64,000 nt of DNA from Camelus ferus (lineage: Eukaryota): assembly GCF_009834535.1 (NCBI RefSeq), contig NC_045696.1, positions 72,046,001 through 72,110,000 on the forward strand, given 5' to 3'. A program made the translations under genes and the position numbers. Below the pieces are notes generated by a model. That model was not told the origin of the DNA. It did no database searches and saw nothing but the letters and a program-made list of their open reading frames with translations. Below are positions 33,314 to 47,072 of the stretch, piece by piece (position 1 is the stretch's first letter; each line of letters starts with the position of its first letter).

Positions 33314-35849
33314 ATTCAGTGAAATTGCCATGACTAAATCTTTTCACATATTATTTCAGTGTAATATTTTTAAAGACTAGAATATACTGAAAACTTTTCC
33401 AGGAAGGATAATTATTCATGGAAAGAGCATTGTAATGGCAAGTTTTGGGGAGAAAAGATATGCCAAGTCATGTTTACTACATTTAAAATGTTTACAACTA
33501 TACTGGGCTGCTTTATTTAATTAACAGTACTGTAGTGTGTAATAGGCATTGTAAGTATGTGTTCTTCATTAGACTTTTAAAAAGTCTTAATGAGAGGAAG
33601 TAAATTAAATAAAATAACATGGGGAATCTTTTATATAATACACTTATTGGGGAATTCTTATTTAAAGCAAGGTATACTATTTTCTTTTTCCTCAGAAAGA
33701 CTTAAGTGAATGAAGTGTTCATCTATTTTTTATTTGATGATAATCAAGATTGAGTAGTTGTAGCTAGTTTAATGTGCACTTTGCTTAGATTTTTAAAAAC
33801 ATGTTACTATAAAGACTACGTATTGTAAGCCTTCTGTAAATTTTACATATGAATGACAGGAGAAAGTTAAACCTAATGAAAGAATTTTGGAATGAAAAAG
33901 GAAAGTGGTGCTGGAGGAGTTTATATAGTTCACAAAGTATGCCTTTGTAAACCTGAATCAACTTTTAGCAAGAATTAATTTATGGAGTTCTAAATGTTAA
34001 ATTGTGTATATTTAATAGAAAATACTTAATTTGACACCTCAGCAATTTTCTTTTAAATGTTACTTTATACTTTTAACAATATGATTTATATTGAATACAG
34101 AGATGTTTTGATAAGATTTTATCAAATTTGATAATGTAATGATAAAATGTTTTTAAAATGTGAACTATTTAACATTTATCTTAATAACTGAGGACACAAT
34201 AACAATTGTGATTTCTACATAATGTGATGATTAGGGTTCAAATTATGGCTCATCATTTAATTGGTTATAAACAAGTATATTTCTGAACTCTACTTGCCTC
34301 CATTTTTACAATCATATAGCAATAATTTCTATCTTTATAGAAATGTGGTGAAGTTGTATATTATGATACCTTTACCTTTGATTTCTGAAGGGGAAGGGAT
34401 TTATATTTTCTAGCTGATAAATCTGAAAATTCCTAATAGTACAAATCCCCCTTTCCAGGTTTATCCTTTCTGTTTGTCGCCATTTTGGTTAATATTTGCT
34501 TGATTTGTACCTGATTCTGGAGGCAGATAGTCCTGTTTTTGTTTTTTTTGTGTGTGTGTTTTTGTTTTTGTTTTTGTTTTTTTTTTTGAATTCATACTGC
34601 AGTTACATAAATGGTTTTACCAGAGCATTCTTGCCATCTATTTTATTTACTGACTGTTGGGTAATTGGCATTTCCTGTTGACCAGCTCATTTATTTGACA
34701 ACTTTCCACTAGGCTCAGTGTTCTGTGTTAATGTGTTTTTTTACTTCTCTTGGTTGGCCTTTTAAAAGTCTGTTATAAATAAGGAAATTATGATAAAAGG
34801 TACACATCCTGGAATTCCTAAAAGGTAATGTCCTTATTTATGGAATTTTTAGGACAGATTACTTGGGGAATCATTTTATAATTATCCATTTAAAAATTGA
34901 GTTTCTAAAAAGTATTTTTAATTTAAGTATATCCAAGTTTTTCTTACAGGTATTCCTTGCATATTTTCAGTTTACCTTTTTTGTATTTGTGCAGGAATCA
35001 GTGTAGCTTGTAGACCATTGGTTTTCAAGGCTGCTATGTTTCATGAGGTTGAAAGCTTTCTACTTTATCTCTTGTAGGTTATTGGCACTTCCCACGAGGT
35101 TTGGTTTGGGGAAAAGTGTTTGGTAAAAAAAATTTTTTTAAGTGGCTGGCTTAGAGGGAATATTAGTTCTTCGGCAGACTTTTCAGTGGAGTGGAAAGAG
35201 ATGGAGTCAGACTGAAATTAAAGCAAGCCTGGATCATAGAAGGTAGCACTGCTTTGAAAGGAAGAATCCATCAAATAAATTGAAAGCAAAGAAGAATTTT
35301 GAACCAAAATAGTTAAAGCAAAGCTTGATTTGAAACAATGAAAAGTTTGAAACTTACCAGAGGCAGCATGTGAGTGGCTTCATAAGCAAAGAAAAGAAGG
35401 AAACAAAAAAGGATAATATTCATCTTATATTTAGAATGTTTGTATGTATTTAGGTGCATGTTTAATATAACTTCACTTAACATTTTATTTCAGGTTATGA
35501 AATGTTGAAGAAAACTTGGGCAATACAAAATGCAGTTTCTACAAAAAGGAATGCTACAGGGTATGTTTAGGAGAAAACAAAATGGCTGAGGGGAAATGTT
35601 AATTTAAGCTGTAGTCAATGACTTTATCACATAGTTACATGATACATAGCTTGCAGAGCAATATTTGATCATAAGGTTTAGAGGTGTATGTACTTGGAAT
35701 CCTTTGAAAATAGCATGTTTAATTTTCAATGTTCTTAATCCTGAGAGTATGTTAGAATTCATTGTATTGAAATTATATGAAATGAAAGCCAGAACTTTAA
35801 AATAGTTACTACTAAGACGTTGTTGTAATGGTACCCAACAATAACAACA

Positions 35850-36640
35850 GCTTTACTGACGTATAATTTACACAGCAGAAAATCCACCCATTGTGAGTGT
35901 ATAATTCAGTGGTTTTAGTAAGTTTATAATCCAGTTTTAGAAAATGTATGTCAGCCCGTAGAAGTTCCCCTCATGCCCCGTTTGTAGTTAGTTCCCTCTT
36001 TTACCCCAAGTCCTAGGCAAAAAACACTGATCTGTTTCTATAAATTTTCCCTGCCTAGAAATTACACGTGCATAGAATCATACAATTTGTAGTCTTTAGT
36101 ATCTGGCTTCTTACGTTTAGCATAATAATGTTTTTGAGGTTTATCCAGGGTATAGCATATCCTTGCACTTACTGCTGTTAGTTGCAATATAGTATTCCAT
36201 TGTATGGATATACTACATTTTGTTTATCCATTCACCAGTCAATGGACATTTGAATTGCTTGCATATTTTGGTGGTTATGAATAACAATGTTGTGAACATT
36301 CCCATTATATCATTGTGTGGACATATGTTTTCATTTCTTTTAGGTAGATTCCTAGGAGTGTAATTGGCTTTTTTGGAAAAAAAGGGGGGAGGGAGGTAAT
36401 TAAGTTTATTTACTTATTTTAATGGAGGTACTGGGGATTGAACCCAGGACCTTGTGCTTGTTAAGCACACACACACTCTACCACTAAGCTACATCCTTGT
36501 CCCCTGGAAAATTTAACTTTCTGAACTGCCAAACTTTTCCAAAGTTGCTGTGCCATTTAAAAATATTCCCACCACAGCGCACAAGGATTGCAGTTTCTCT
36601 GTATCCTTGTGAATGTGTTTATTATTATTGTCATTGTAGT
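35850..36640 (-). mobile_element. L1MB-like 3' fragment, interrupted by a SINE
   Basis: agctttactgacgtataatttac...ccattgtatggatatactacattttgtttatccattcacc. Confidence 0.8.
36369..36504 (-). mobile_element. Vic-1-like SINE nested in L1
   Basis: ggggagggaggtaattaag...ggaggtactggggattgaacccaggacc...ctctaccactaagcta. Confidence 0.87.
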
Positions 36641-37699
36641 AGATATGTATTTTAAGTGTGCAGGTTATATATATCTAGCTATCATAATTCATGTGTCTGT
36701 TGGATGTGCAATTTAGATGAGTATATGGTGGCCTGAGGGATTGCTGTAAAATTACTTGCTATATACATATTCCTACTGGAAGGTAGTATTTTCTGTAGCC
36801 AGTGAGGGTAGTTATACCTTTCCAATGGGCATTCCAGTCCCTTAGTAAACTCTGGTGAGGAGATTAACTGTGTAGATGAAGAATGATGCTGATGGGTGTT
36901 GCTATTGTGGGCACCATGATTATTAAATCTATCCAGTTAGTCTGTGACTGGTGGTAATACTTAAAATGTTGCATAAGTAATTGAACAGATATGTCAGTCT
37001 CATTAATTTTCCCAGAACTCTTTTGCTTTGAGAAATTAATTTCTTAAATTTATAAAACTTTGGTTGGTATTGTTTAGTTGCTGCTAGCTACCTGTGCTGT
37101 TATACATAGTGGACATTGGAGTAGTGCTTATTTTATTTTTAATGGAGAATTTAAGAGATACACAAAAGTAGAATCATAGAGTGAACCTACTTCAGCACAG
37201 TTAATTCATGGCCAGTCTTGATTTATCTATATGCCACTAATCTTCCCAACTCTGATTTATTTTGAAGCAAGTCCCACGGAGAAAATAGTTTCATTTATAA
37301 ATATTTCAGAAGGTATGTTTAAAAGATAAGGACTCTTAATATTATTACCACACATAAATGTTAACAATTTCTAAATAATTATCTAGTCAGCATTTTTAGA
37401 AGTCTAATAATGTATTTTTCCAGTTGTCAGATTTTAAGTAAGATCCATATATTGCATATACCACTGTAAATTCCTTTTAACCTGTGGATTCCTATATGTG
37501 CCTCTCCACAGCTTGGAATTCATTTGTTTGAAAATGCAGTGGTGCAGTGGTTGTGTTAAAAAAGTTTAATTTCTATGCAATTTATATTTAAGGTGTACTT
37601 AATCAAAAAATGTATTTTAACTTGAAAATATTTTGAGTTAATGAAGTGTGGTACAGACAGCCATAATAAGTATATCAACAGACATTCCCTTAAAAACAT

Positions 37700-38110
37700 A
37701 ATGGGACTTGTATTTAGAATATATAAAGAACTCTTACAACTTAATAGTAAGACAGCCCAATTTACAAATGAGCAAAGGACTAGAATAGGCATTTGTCTGA
37801 AACAGATACACAAATCGCTAATGAACACATGAAAAAATGCTCAGTGTCATTAGTCATAAGGGAAATGCAAATCAAAATCACAGTGAGATACTGTTTTACA
37901 CCCTCAAGGTGTTTTACACCCTCAAGGATTACTTTTAATAAAAAAGTGTTGAAGAGCACATAGACAAATTGGAACCCTTGTACATTGGTGGGACTGTAAT
38001 GTGGTGCAGCAGGTCTGGGACACAGTTTGACTGTTCCTCAAAATGTTAAACAGCATATGAGCCAGCAATTCAACTCCTACAAATATGAGAGAATTGAAAA
38101 CAGTATTCAC
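37700..38110 (+). mobile_element. Old L1 fragment (ORF2 end)
   Basis: tagaatatataaagaactcttacaac...atgaaaaaatgctca...gaaatgcaaatcaaaa. Confidence 0.8.
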
Positions 38111-38114
38111 ACTG

Positions 38115-39335
38115 CAGTCCCTGGTAACCACCATTTTACTTTGCGTGTCTCTGATTTTGACTATTTTGGATGGAATCACATAGTATTTTGCCTTTTATCA
38201 TTGGTTCAAGCTTCATGTTGCAGTGTGTGACAAGAATTCATTCCTTTTAAAGGCTAAATAATATTCCATTGTAAGTATCACATTTTGTCTTGTTTATCCC
38301 TTTCTCTGTCAGTGGACATTTGACTATTGTCAATAATGCTGCTATGAACATAAGTGTGCAAATACCTCTTTAAGATCCTTCTTTGAATTCTTTGGATATA
38401 TACCTAGAAGTGGGATTCCTGCATCCTATGGCAGTTCTATTTTAATTTTTTTGAGGAACTTCTACACTGTTTTCCACAGCATTTGCACAAGTTTATAATC
38501 CTGTCAGCAGTACACAAAGGTTCCAACTAATCCACATCTTCATCAACACTTCCTTCCTTCCTGCCTGCCTGCCTTGCTTCTTTCTTTCCCCTATTTTATA
38601 TTCGCCATCCTAATGGATATGAGGTAATATCTCATTGTCGTTTTCAATTGCGTTTCTCTGAGCACCTTTTCACATGCTTGTTGACCATTTCTATATTGTC
38701 TTTAGGAAAATATCTATTCAAGTCCTCTGTTCATTTTTGAATTGGGTTATTTGATTTTGTTGTTGTTTTTGTTGTTGAGTGGTAGTTCTTTTGATTCTAG
38801 ATATTAAGCATGTGGTCTGACATCAAGTCCAATGTTTCCTTACTGATTTTTCTGTCTGGATGATCTATCCATTGATGAAAGTGAGATATTGAAGTCCCCT
38901 ATTATTATTATTGCATTGCCTCTATTTCTCCCTTTAGGTTTTTATAATATTTACTTTATATAAAAACAGTTTTTGTGTGTGTATGGAATCTTTAGGATTT
39001 TCAACATGAAAGATGGTATCTGCAAATGTAATTTTACTTCTTCCTAATTTAGGTGATTTTTATTTCTTTTCTAATTGCTCTGGCTAGGACTTCAAATACC
39101 ATGTTGAATAGAAGTGGCAAAAGTGCTGAGGTAATTTTCTTGTATTCCTAGTTTACTGAATTTGGGGAGGGGGAGGTCAGGAAAGGCTGTTCAGTCTTGT
39201 CAAATATTTTTCTGCATCAGGATGACCATGTGGTTTTTGTTCATACTGTTAACGTGGTGTATTAGAGTGATTTTCATATGGTTCACATCCTTGCATTCTA
39301 GGAATAACTCTCACTTTTTCATGTTGTATAATTCC
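38115..39335 (-). mobile_element. Patchwork of antisense L1 fragments (3' UTR/ORF2 end, EN region, RT region)
   Basis: ccctggtaaccaccatt...; ctgtctggatgatctatccattgatgaaagtg; ctctggctaggacttcaaataccatgttgaatagaagtgg. Confidence 0.8.
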
Positions 39336-39870
39336 TACTGAAACTCTCCACAGAATGTTACACCTTGTCTCTTTAAGCCCCTTTACTGCTGTTTCTTGTC
39401 TGTTGCAGCAGTATGACCTTATCTAACTACTGCTTGCACTGAATGTGAAGGTTTACTCAGGGAAACAAGAAAAATTATTGAACCAGATATTCAGATACTT
39501 TTTCCCCCCCAGGCTTGCTTACAAATATGTAACTTGCTTAAGACATGACAGAGAGTTTAGCTCACTGGTTCACAAACTTTAGTGTATCTGAGTTTTTTAG
39601 TTTACTTATTTTTACATGTAACCACCTAGTCCTACTTCTAGAGATCCAGAATTGATTCAGCAGGGCTGGAGCTCCAAAAGAAAAGGAGCCAGCAGCATGC
39701 AGATCTAGCAGAGAAGAATATTCTATGCAGAGGCAACAGCAGTTCAAATTCCCTGAACTTGGCAAGTTTGAGGAATGTAAGGGAAGGCAGTGAGGTGGCA
39801 GTACAGTGGGTGAGCATCAGAGTGCCATGAGATGAGAAGAGAGGCAGGCAAGAGTCATATCACATATGAT

Positions 39871-40074
39871 TTTATTTTATTTTATTTATTTTTAAATATG
39901 GATAACTTTTAACACAATAGTTCATTTTATTTTGTTTGTGGATTTTTTTTGTGTGTGGGGAGAGGTCATTAGGTTTATTTATTTAGTTATTTTAATGGAG
40001 GTATTAGGGATTGAACCCAGGACCTCGTGAATGCTAAGCACGTACTCTTACCACTGAGCTATACCCTCCCCTCC
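39871..40074 (-). mobile_element. Vic-1-like SINE with extended 3' tail, inserted in an L2
   Basis: SINE body 39951-40074; TSD catatcacatatgat (39856-39870) / catatcacatacaat (40075-40089). Confidence 0.88.
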
Positions 40075-40719
40075 CATATCACATACAATTTGATGAACTA
40101 GCACAAGAAGTCTGAATTTCTAACTGCAATGAGACATCTTTGAAGATTTTAGAACAAGGAAGCAAATTTTTTTGAGTTTTGCCTTTAAAAGATGATACTG
40201 GCTGTCCTATCTCAGAGAATGGTTTCCAGAGGCTTAGGAGTTACTGTCTAGACTAGAGATGATGCTTGTTTGAACTAGTATGACAATGATAGAAGAGAGG
40301 TGGGCAGATTAGGGATATATTTTAAAGGTGAGGTCAAAGAACTTAATGATAGGTTGTATGTTGTGGGGCGAAGAAGGAAAAATGTCTAATGGGAACTGTT
40401 GTGTGGACGATGGTGTCATTTACTGTGATGGGAAACAATCGGATTAGAAACCAGGGGGAAATCAAGGATTCTGTTAAGGTTAGACATGAATGTTTCTTAT
40501 TTTCCTCTCAAAATAAACAAGCCAAAATAAATAATGCTCCAAAGTATAGCCAGATACATTTACTGTGTCATCAAGGTGCTATGAACATTTTTGGAAGGGA
40601 CAATTTTGCATTAGATCTGAGTGCTGTACATTTTATCCCAGGAAATGAAAAACTGGAAGATTCCTGCCTCCCCAGTGTGATAATCCAAACTGCACACATT
40701 TTTTTAACTAATGTGTGTG

Positions 40720-41217
40720 TGTGTTCTCAGTCAAGTGAAGGAATAAGAAAGGCACAAAGAAGAAATGGAATAAATAGAAAATAGCAAGATGGAAAGTTTA
40801 AATACAAATATATTAATAATTATATTGATATATTACATTGATATATCATGGACTAAACACTTCAGTTAAAAGAGGTTTTTGGAGTAGGTAAAAAGCAAGA
40901 CATAATAAATGCTTTTATACAAGGCTCATACTTTAAATATAAAGACACAGATGGGCTGAAAGTAAAAGGACAGAAAAAGATGTACCAATTTACATATGCA
41001 TATTTAAAGTAGTGTGGCTATTTTAGCATAAGATAAAGTAAAAAAGGACGTTATATTGATAAAAGGATCAATTCATTGAAATACAATCCTAAATGTGTAT
41101 GCACCTAGTAACAGCTTTAAAATGTATGAAGCAAAAATTGACAGAGAAATGGGCAAATCCACAACTATGGCTGGAGATTTTACTACTCATTCAGTAATTG
41201 ATAGAAGTGACTAAAAA

Positions 41218-41259
<42 letters not shown>

Positions 41260-41345
41260 ATATAGATTTGAAAATCACTATCAGTAGCATAATTGATGTT
41301 TATAGAACATTGCATTCAGCAATTGTAGAAACATTCTGTAACTGG
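40720..41345 (+). mobile_element. Old L1 ORF2 endonuclease-region fragment (appears to resume at ~59495-59690)
   Basis: tttaaatataaagacacagatgggctgaaagtaaaagga...cctaaatgtgtatgcacc...tttatagaacattgcattc. Confidence 0.75.
41219..41256. repeat. (CA)19 microsatellite
   Basis: Read directly. Confidence 0.95.
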
Positions 41346-44300
41346 TCCTACACATCCTATACTGCACCTGGGATTTCGATTGGGATTACACTGAATGTGT
41401 AGATCAGTTTAAGGAAGAACTGACATCTACAATATAGAGTATTCTTATCCATGAATATAGAGTATCTCCATTTATTTAGTTCTTTGATTTCATTCATTAT
41501 ATCCTCATATAGGTTGTGTACATATTTTGTTAGATTTACACCTAAGTATTTCAGGTTTGGGGGTGATAATGTAAATGGTTCTGTGTTTTTAATTTCAAAT
41601 TCCACTTGCTCATTGCTGGTAAATAGGAAAGTGGACCTTTGTATATTAACCATTCTGCAAATCTGATATAATCAATTATTAGTTCCAGGAGGTATCTGTC
41701 AATTCTTTTGGATTTCTTCAGAGATTATCATGTCATCTATGAACAAAGACAGTTTTATTTTTTTCTTTGATTGTCTTACTGCATTAGCTAGAATTTCCAG
41801 GGCAATGTTGAAAGGAGTGGTGAGAGGGAGTATCTTCGTCTTATACCTGATCTTAATTGGAAAGCTTTGATTTCTCACTGTTTAGGTATGTTAGCTGTAG
41901 GTTTTTGTAGATATTGTTTATCAAGTTGAGGAAGTTCCCTTCTATTTTACCAGATGTTGTATTTTGTCAAATGCCTTTTCTGCATCTGTTGATAAGATCA
42001 TGTGATTTTTCTTCTTTAGCCTGTTGTTTATATTAATTGATATAATTTACATACAGTACTGTATAAGTTTAAGGTGTACAGCATAATGGCTTGATTTTAA
42101 CTTCATTAATGGATTTTCAAATATTCAATCAGCCTTGCATAGCAGGAATAAATATTGGATTTGATTTGTTAATGTATACATTTTTCACACTTTTATAAAC
42201 TTGTTTAGTTGAACAGATTTGACTTGTAACATTGTGTAAATTTAAGGTGTACAGTATGTTACTATGATATATTTATATATTGTAATGTAATTGTAGTGAT
42301 TTATCACATTACAAATTATAGTACAATATTACTATTTATATCCGTTATACTTTGCATTAGATCTCTGTGGCTTATTACTACTCATTACAAGCCTGTATAC
42401 TTATTTAGTTCTTTGATTTCATTCATTATAGCCTCATATAGAGTGTGTGCATATTTTGTTACATTTACACCTAAGTATTTCAGGTTTTGGGGTGCTAGTA
42501 ACACCATCAGTTTTATCCCCCACTCCCCAGGCCCTGGTAACTACCATTTTACTCTCTCTCCTTTTAAAAATAGGTTTAACTTTCTTATGGTCTACATATA
42601 AGTGATATTGTACAGTACCTGTCTTTGTCTGTCTGATTTGTCTTGCTTAGCATATTGTGCTCAAGGTCCATCTATGTTATTGCAAATGGCAGGCGTATCC
42701 TGTTTCTCATGGCTAAATAATATTGTGTATGTTTTTTAAATCCATTCATCCATTGATGGGCATTTAGGTTATTTCCGTATCTTGGCTATTGGGAGTGATG
42801 CTGCAATAGCCATGGAAGTGCATATATCTTGTCAAAATCCTGTTTTCATTTCCATTGGGTATATACCCAGAAGTGGAATTGCTGGATCACATGGTAGATC
42901 TATTTTTAATTTTTTGAGGAACCTCCATATTGTTTGCTATAGTCATTGGACTAATTTACATTCCCACCAACAGTGTATGAGGGTTTCCTTTTAACTATAC
43001 TCACAGTGCCTATTTTCTCTTGTCTTTTTGATGATAGCTATTCTGACAGGTGTGAGGATATATCTCATTGTGGTTTTGATTTGCGTTTCCCTGATGATTA
43101 GTGATGTTAAGCAACTTTTCATATGGTTGTTGGCTATTTTGATGTCCTGTTTGAAAAGATGTCTACTTAATTCTTCTGCCCATTTTAAAATTAGGTTTAT
43201 TTGTTTTTAAGTTGCATGAGCTCTTTATATATTTTGGATATTAACCTCTTGTCTGATACATGGTTTGCAAAATTTCCCATTCTGTAGGCTGTCTTTTCAT
43301 TTTGTTATTTTGTTCTTTTTGCTGTGCAGAAGCTTTTGAGTTAGACATAGTCATTTTTGCTTTTATTGTTTGTGCTTTTGATATCATGTCCAAAAAATTG
43401 TCACCAAGACCAATATTGATGACCATCTTCCCTACATTTTCTTCAAGGATTTTTATGGTATCAGTTCTTAATTTTAAGTCTTTGACCCATTTTGAGTTAT
43501 TTTTTGAGTAGTGTGAGATAGAGGAACCACTTCATTGTTCTGTATGTGTTCCTACAGTTTTCTCAGCACCATTTGTTGAAGACTATCTTTTCCGCATTGG
43601 GTGCTCTTGGCTCCCTTATAGAATATTAGTTGGCAATATATGTTGGGATTTAATTCTGAGCTCTTTTTTCCATTGGTTCCACTGGTTGATATGTCTATTT
43701 TAGTGCCAGTACCATACTGCTTTTATTACTATGACTTGGCAGTATGGTTTGAATTCTGAAAGTATGATACCTTTGGCTTTGTTCTTTTTTCTCAGGATTT
43801 CTTTGGTTATTTAGGGTCTTTTGTAGTCTTATGCAAATTTTAGGATTATTTCTTCTATTTCTGTAAAGAATGTCTTTGGTATTTTGATGGGGATTGCTTT
43901 GAATCTGTAGATGTATTTGGGTAGTATTTTACAATATTAATCCTTCCAATCCATTTACATGATATGTCTTTCATCTGGTTGTGTCTTCAATTTCTTTCAG
44001 CAAAATCTTGTAGTTTTCATTGTATAGGTCTTTCACTTCCTTGGTTAACTTTATTTCTAAGTATTTTATTGTGAATGGGATACTTTTATTTTTCAGATAT
44101 TTCATCATTAGTGTAAAAGAATGCAATCAATTTCTATATGTTGATTTTGTATCCTGTCACTTTACTGAAATTGTTAATTCCAACAAGTTTTTGGCTGACT
44201 CTTTGGGATTTTCTATATATAAGTTTATATCATGAGCAAATAGTGACAGTATTCTTTTCTGATTTGGATGCATTTTCCTTCTGTTTTGCTTAATTGCTCT

Positions 44301-47030
44301 AGCTAGGACTTGCATTTGTACATTGAATAGAAGTTGTGAGACTGGGTATCTTTGTCTTGTTCCTGATCTTAGAGGAAACACTGTTAATTTTTCTGCACTG
44401 AGTATATTAGCTGTGGGTTTGTCATATATAGCCTTAATTATATTGAGGTAAGTTCCTTCCACAACAGATCTGTTAAGGGAGTTTTTTTAATTGTGAAAGA
44501 ATGTTGAATTTTGTCAAGTACTTTTTCTGCATATTGAAATGATTATGTGATTTTTACCTTTCATTTTATTGATGTGATATATTACATTTATTGATTCACA
44601 CATTGAAACATGCTTGCATCCCAGGGTAAATCTCACTTGGTCATAGTGTATAATGCTTTCAATGTGTTCTTGAATTCAGTTTGATAATATTTTGTTGAGA
44701 ATTTTTGCAGCTGTATTTATCAGAAATATTGGTCTTTGGTTTTCTTTTCTTTTCTCCTTATCTGGTTTTGCTATCAGGGTAATTCTGGCTTCATAGAATG
44801 AGTTTGGAAGTGTTCCCTATTCATTGATTTTTTTGGAAGATTGAAGAAGACTGGTGTTAATTCTTCTTTAATCTTTGCTAGAAATCTCCAGTGAAGCTAT
44901 CTTGTCCTGGAGCTTCCTGTGTTGGGAGTTTTTTTGACTGCTGATTCAATCTCTTTAATTATTTTTGATCTATTCAGATTTTCTGTTTCTTCCCATTTCA
45001 CTCTTGGTAGGTTGTGTGTTTCTAGAAATGTATCCATTTGTCTAGGTTATGTAATTTGTTGGCATATAATTGTTCATAGTACTATCTTTTGATCTTATGT
45101 GTTTCTGTAGTATCAGTTGCAATGTCTCCTCTTTCCTTTCTAATTTTAAGTCTTCTCGTCTACCTAACGGTTTGTCAATTTTGTTTACTGTTTCAAAGAA
45201 CCATCTCTTAGTTTTGTTTATTCTTTCTATTGTTTTCTTGGTTTCTATTACTTCCATTCTGATCTCTATTATTTCATTCTGCTAACTTTGCATTTCATTT
45301 GTTCTTTTTCTGGTATCTTTAAGGTAGGTATTTCTTTCAGATCATTCTAATTTTTAAAAAATATTTATTTATAGGTTTTAAACATTCCTCTGTTTTTGCT
45401 GCATCCCACAATATTTGATGTGTTGTATTTCCATTTTCACTTGTTTTGAGATAATTTTTAATTTCCCTTTTGTTTCCTTCTTTGACACATTGGTTATTTA
45501 GAAGTGTGCTGTTTAGTTCCCAAATATTTCTAGATCTTCTTACTTTCTTGTTGATTTCTAGATTCATACCAGTTTGGTTGGAAAAGATAGCTGGTATGAT
45601 TTAAGTTTGCTCAAATTTGCTGTTTTTTTTTTTTTTCCCTAATCCTGGAGAATGCTCTATGTGCACTTAAGAATGTGTATTCTGCTGCTGTTTGCACAGT
45701 GTTATGTATATGAGTGTTAAGTCCATTTGTTCTAATGTGTTGTTCAATCCCAATGTTTTCTTAATGACTTTCTGTCTGAATGATTTGTTCCTGATAGTGG
45801 GATATCAAAGTCCCCTACAATTACTGCATTGTAGTCAATTTCTCCCATAAGGTCTGTTAATATTTGCTTAATATCTTCTGCTACTTGGATGTTGAGAGCA
45901 CATATTTTTAGTATTGCTTTATCTTCTTTATGTATTGACCCTTTTATCACCATAAAATTCTCTTCTTTGACTTTTGTTACCACTTTTGGCTGGAAGTCTA
46001 TTTTGTTTGATATAAGTATGGCTACACTGACCTTTTGGTTTCCATTTGCTTGGAATATCACTTTTCATCTTTCACTTTGAGCATGTTTGTCTTTAGAGCT
46101 AAAATAAGTCTCCTGTAAGCAGCATATAGTGGCCTGGGTTTTTTTTTTAATCCATCTAACTACTCTGTGCCTCTTGATTGGTAAATTCAATCCATTTACA
46201 TGTCAAGAGATTATTGATATGTAAGGATTTACTACTGCCATTTTATTTTGCCTTCAGGTTATTTTCTCTCTTCATTTCTTCTTTTTCCTGTTTCCAAGTT
46301 GATGGTTTTCCATGGTGACTTGTTCACTCTCTCCCTTTTTTTTGTTTTTGCATCTACTCTAAGTTTTTGCTTTGTGGTTATCATGAAATTTACATAAAAC
46401 ATCACATAGATACAATAGTCCTTTCTCTGTTAATACCAACTTACTTACATTTGCCTATGTATGTTCCATCCTTTTACTCTTCATTTATATTTTTGATTTC
46501 ACAAATTATCTTTCATGCTGTGATTTTTTTTACCAAGTTTTAGTAGCTGTATTTTTAAAAAAAATTTTTTATTGTAGTATATTTGACTTAAAATGTGTTA
46601 ATTTCTGGTGTACAGAATAGTGATTCAGTTTTTCATACATATATACACACACACACATATATATTTATTCCTTTTCATATTTTTTCATTACAGAGTATTA
46701 CAAGGTATTTAATGTAGTTCCCTGTGCTATACAGTAGGAACTTGTTTGTTTAGTTTGTATATAGTAGTTAGTATCTGCAAATCCTGAACTTCCAATTTAT
46801 CCTTCCACCCCCTCCCCTCCCCTGCTCATAACCACACGTTTATTTTCTATTATCTGTGAGTCTTACTTGGTTTTGTAAATAAGTTCATTTGTTTCATTTT
46901 TTAAGATTCCACGTATAAGTGATGTATCGTATTTTTCTGACTTCACTTAGTTCGACAGTCTCCAGGTCCATTCATGTTGCTGCAAATGGCATTATTTAAT
47001 TTTATTTTTTTATGGCTGAGCAGTATTCCG

Positions 47031-47035
<5 letters not shown>

Positions 47036-47070
<35 letters not shown>
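47036..47070. repeat. (TG)17 microsatellite in an L1 3' UTR
   Basis: Read directly. Confidence 0.95.

Positions 47071-47072
<2 letters not shown>

Larger units (their letters stand above)
30589..33335 (+). other. DCUN1D1: DCUN1D1 3' UTR (to the distal AATAAA; may extend further)
   Basis: AT-rich sequence free of recognisable interspersed repeats, running from the stop to AATAAA at 33308-33313; the true 3' end cannot be fixed from sequence alone. Confidence 0.65.
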
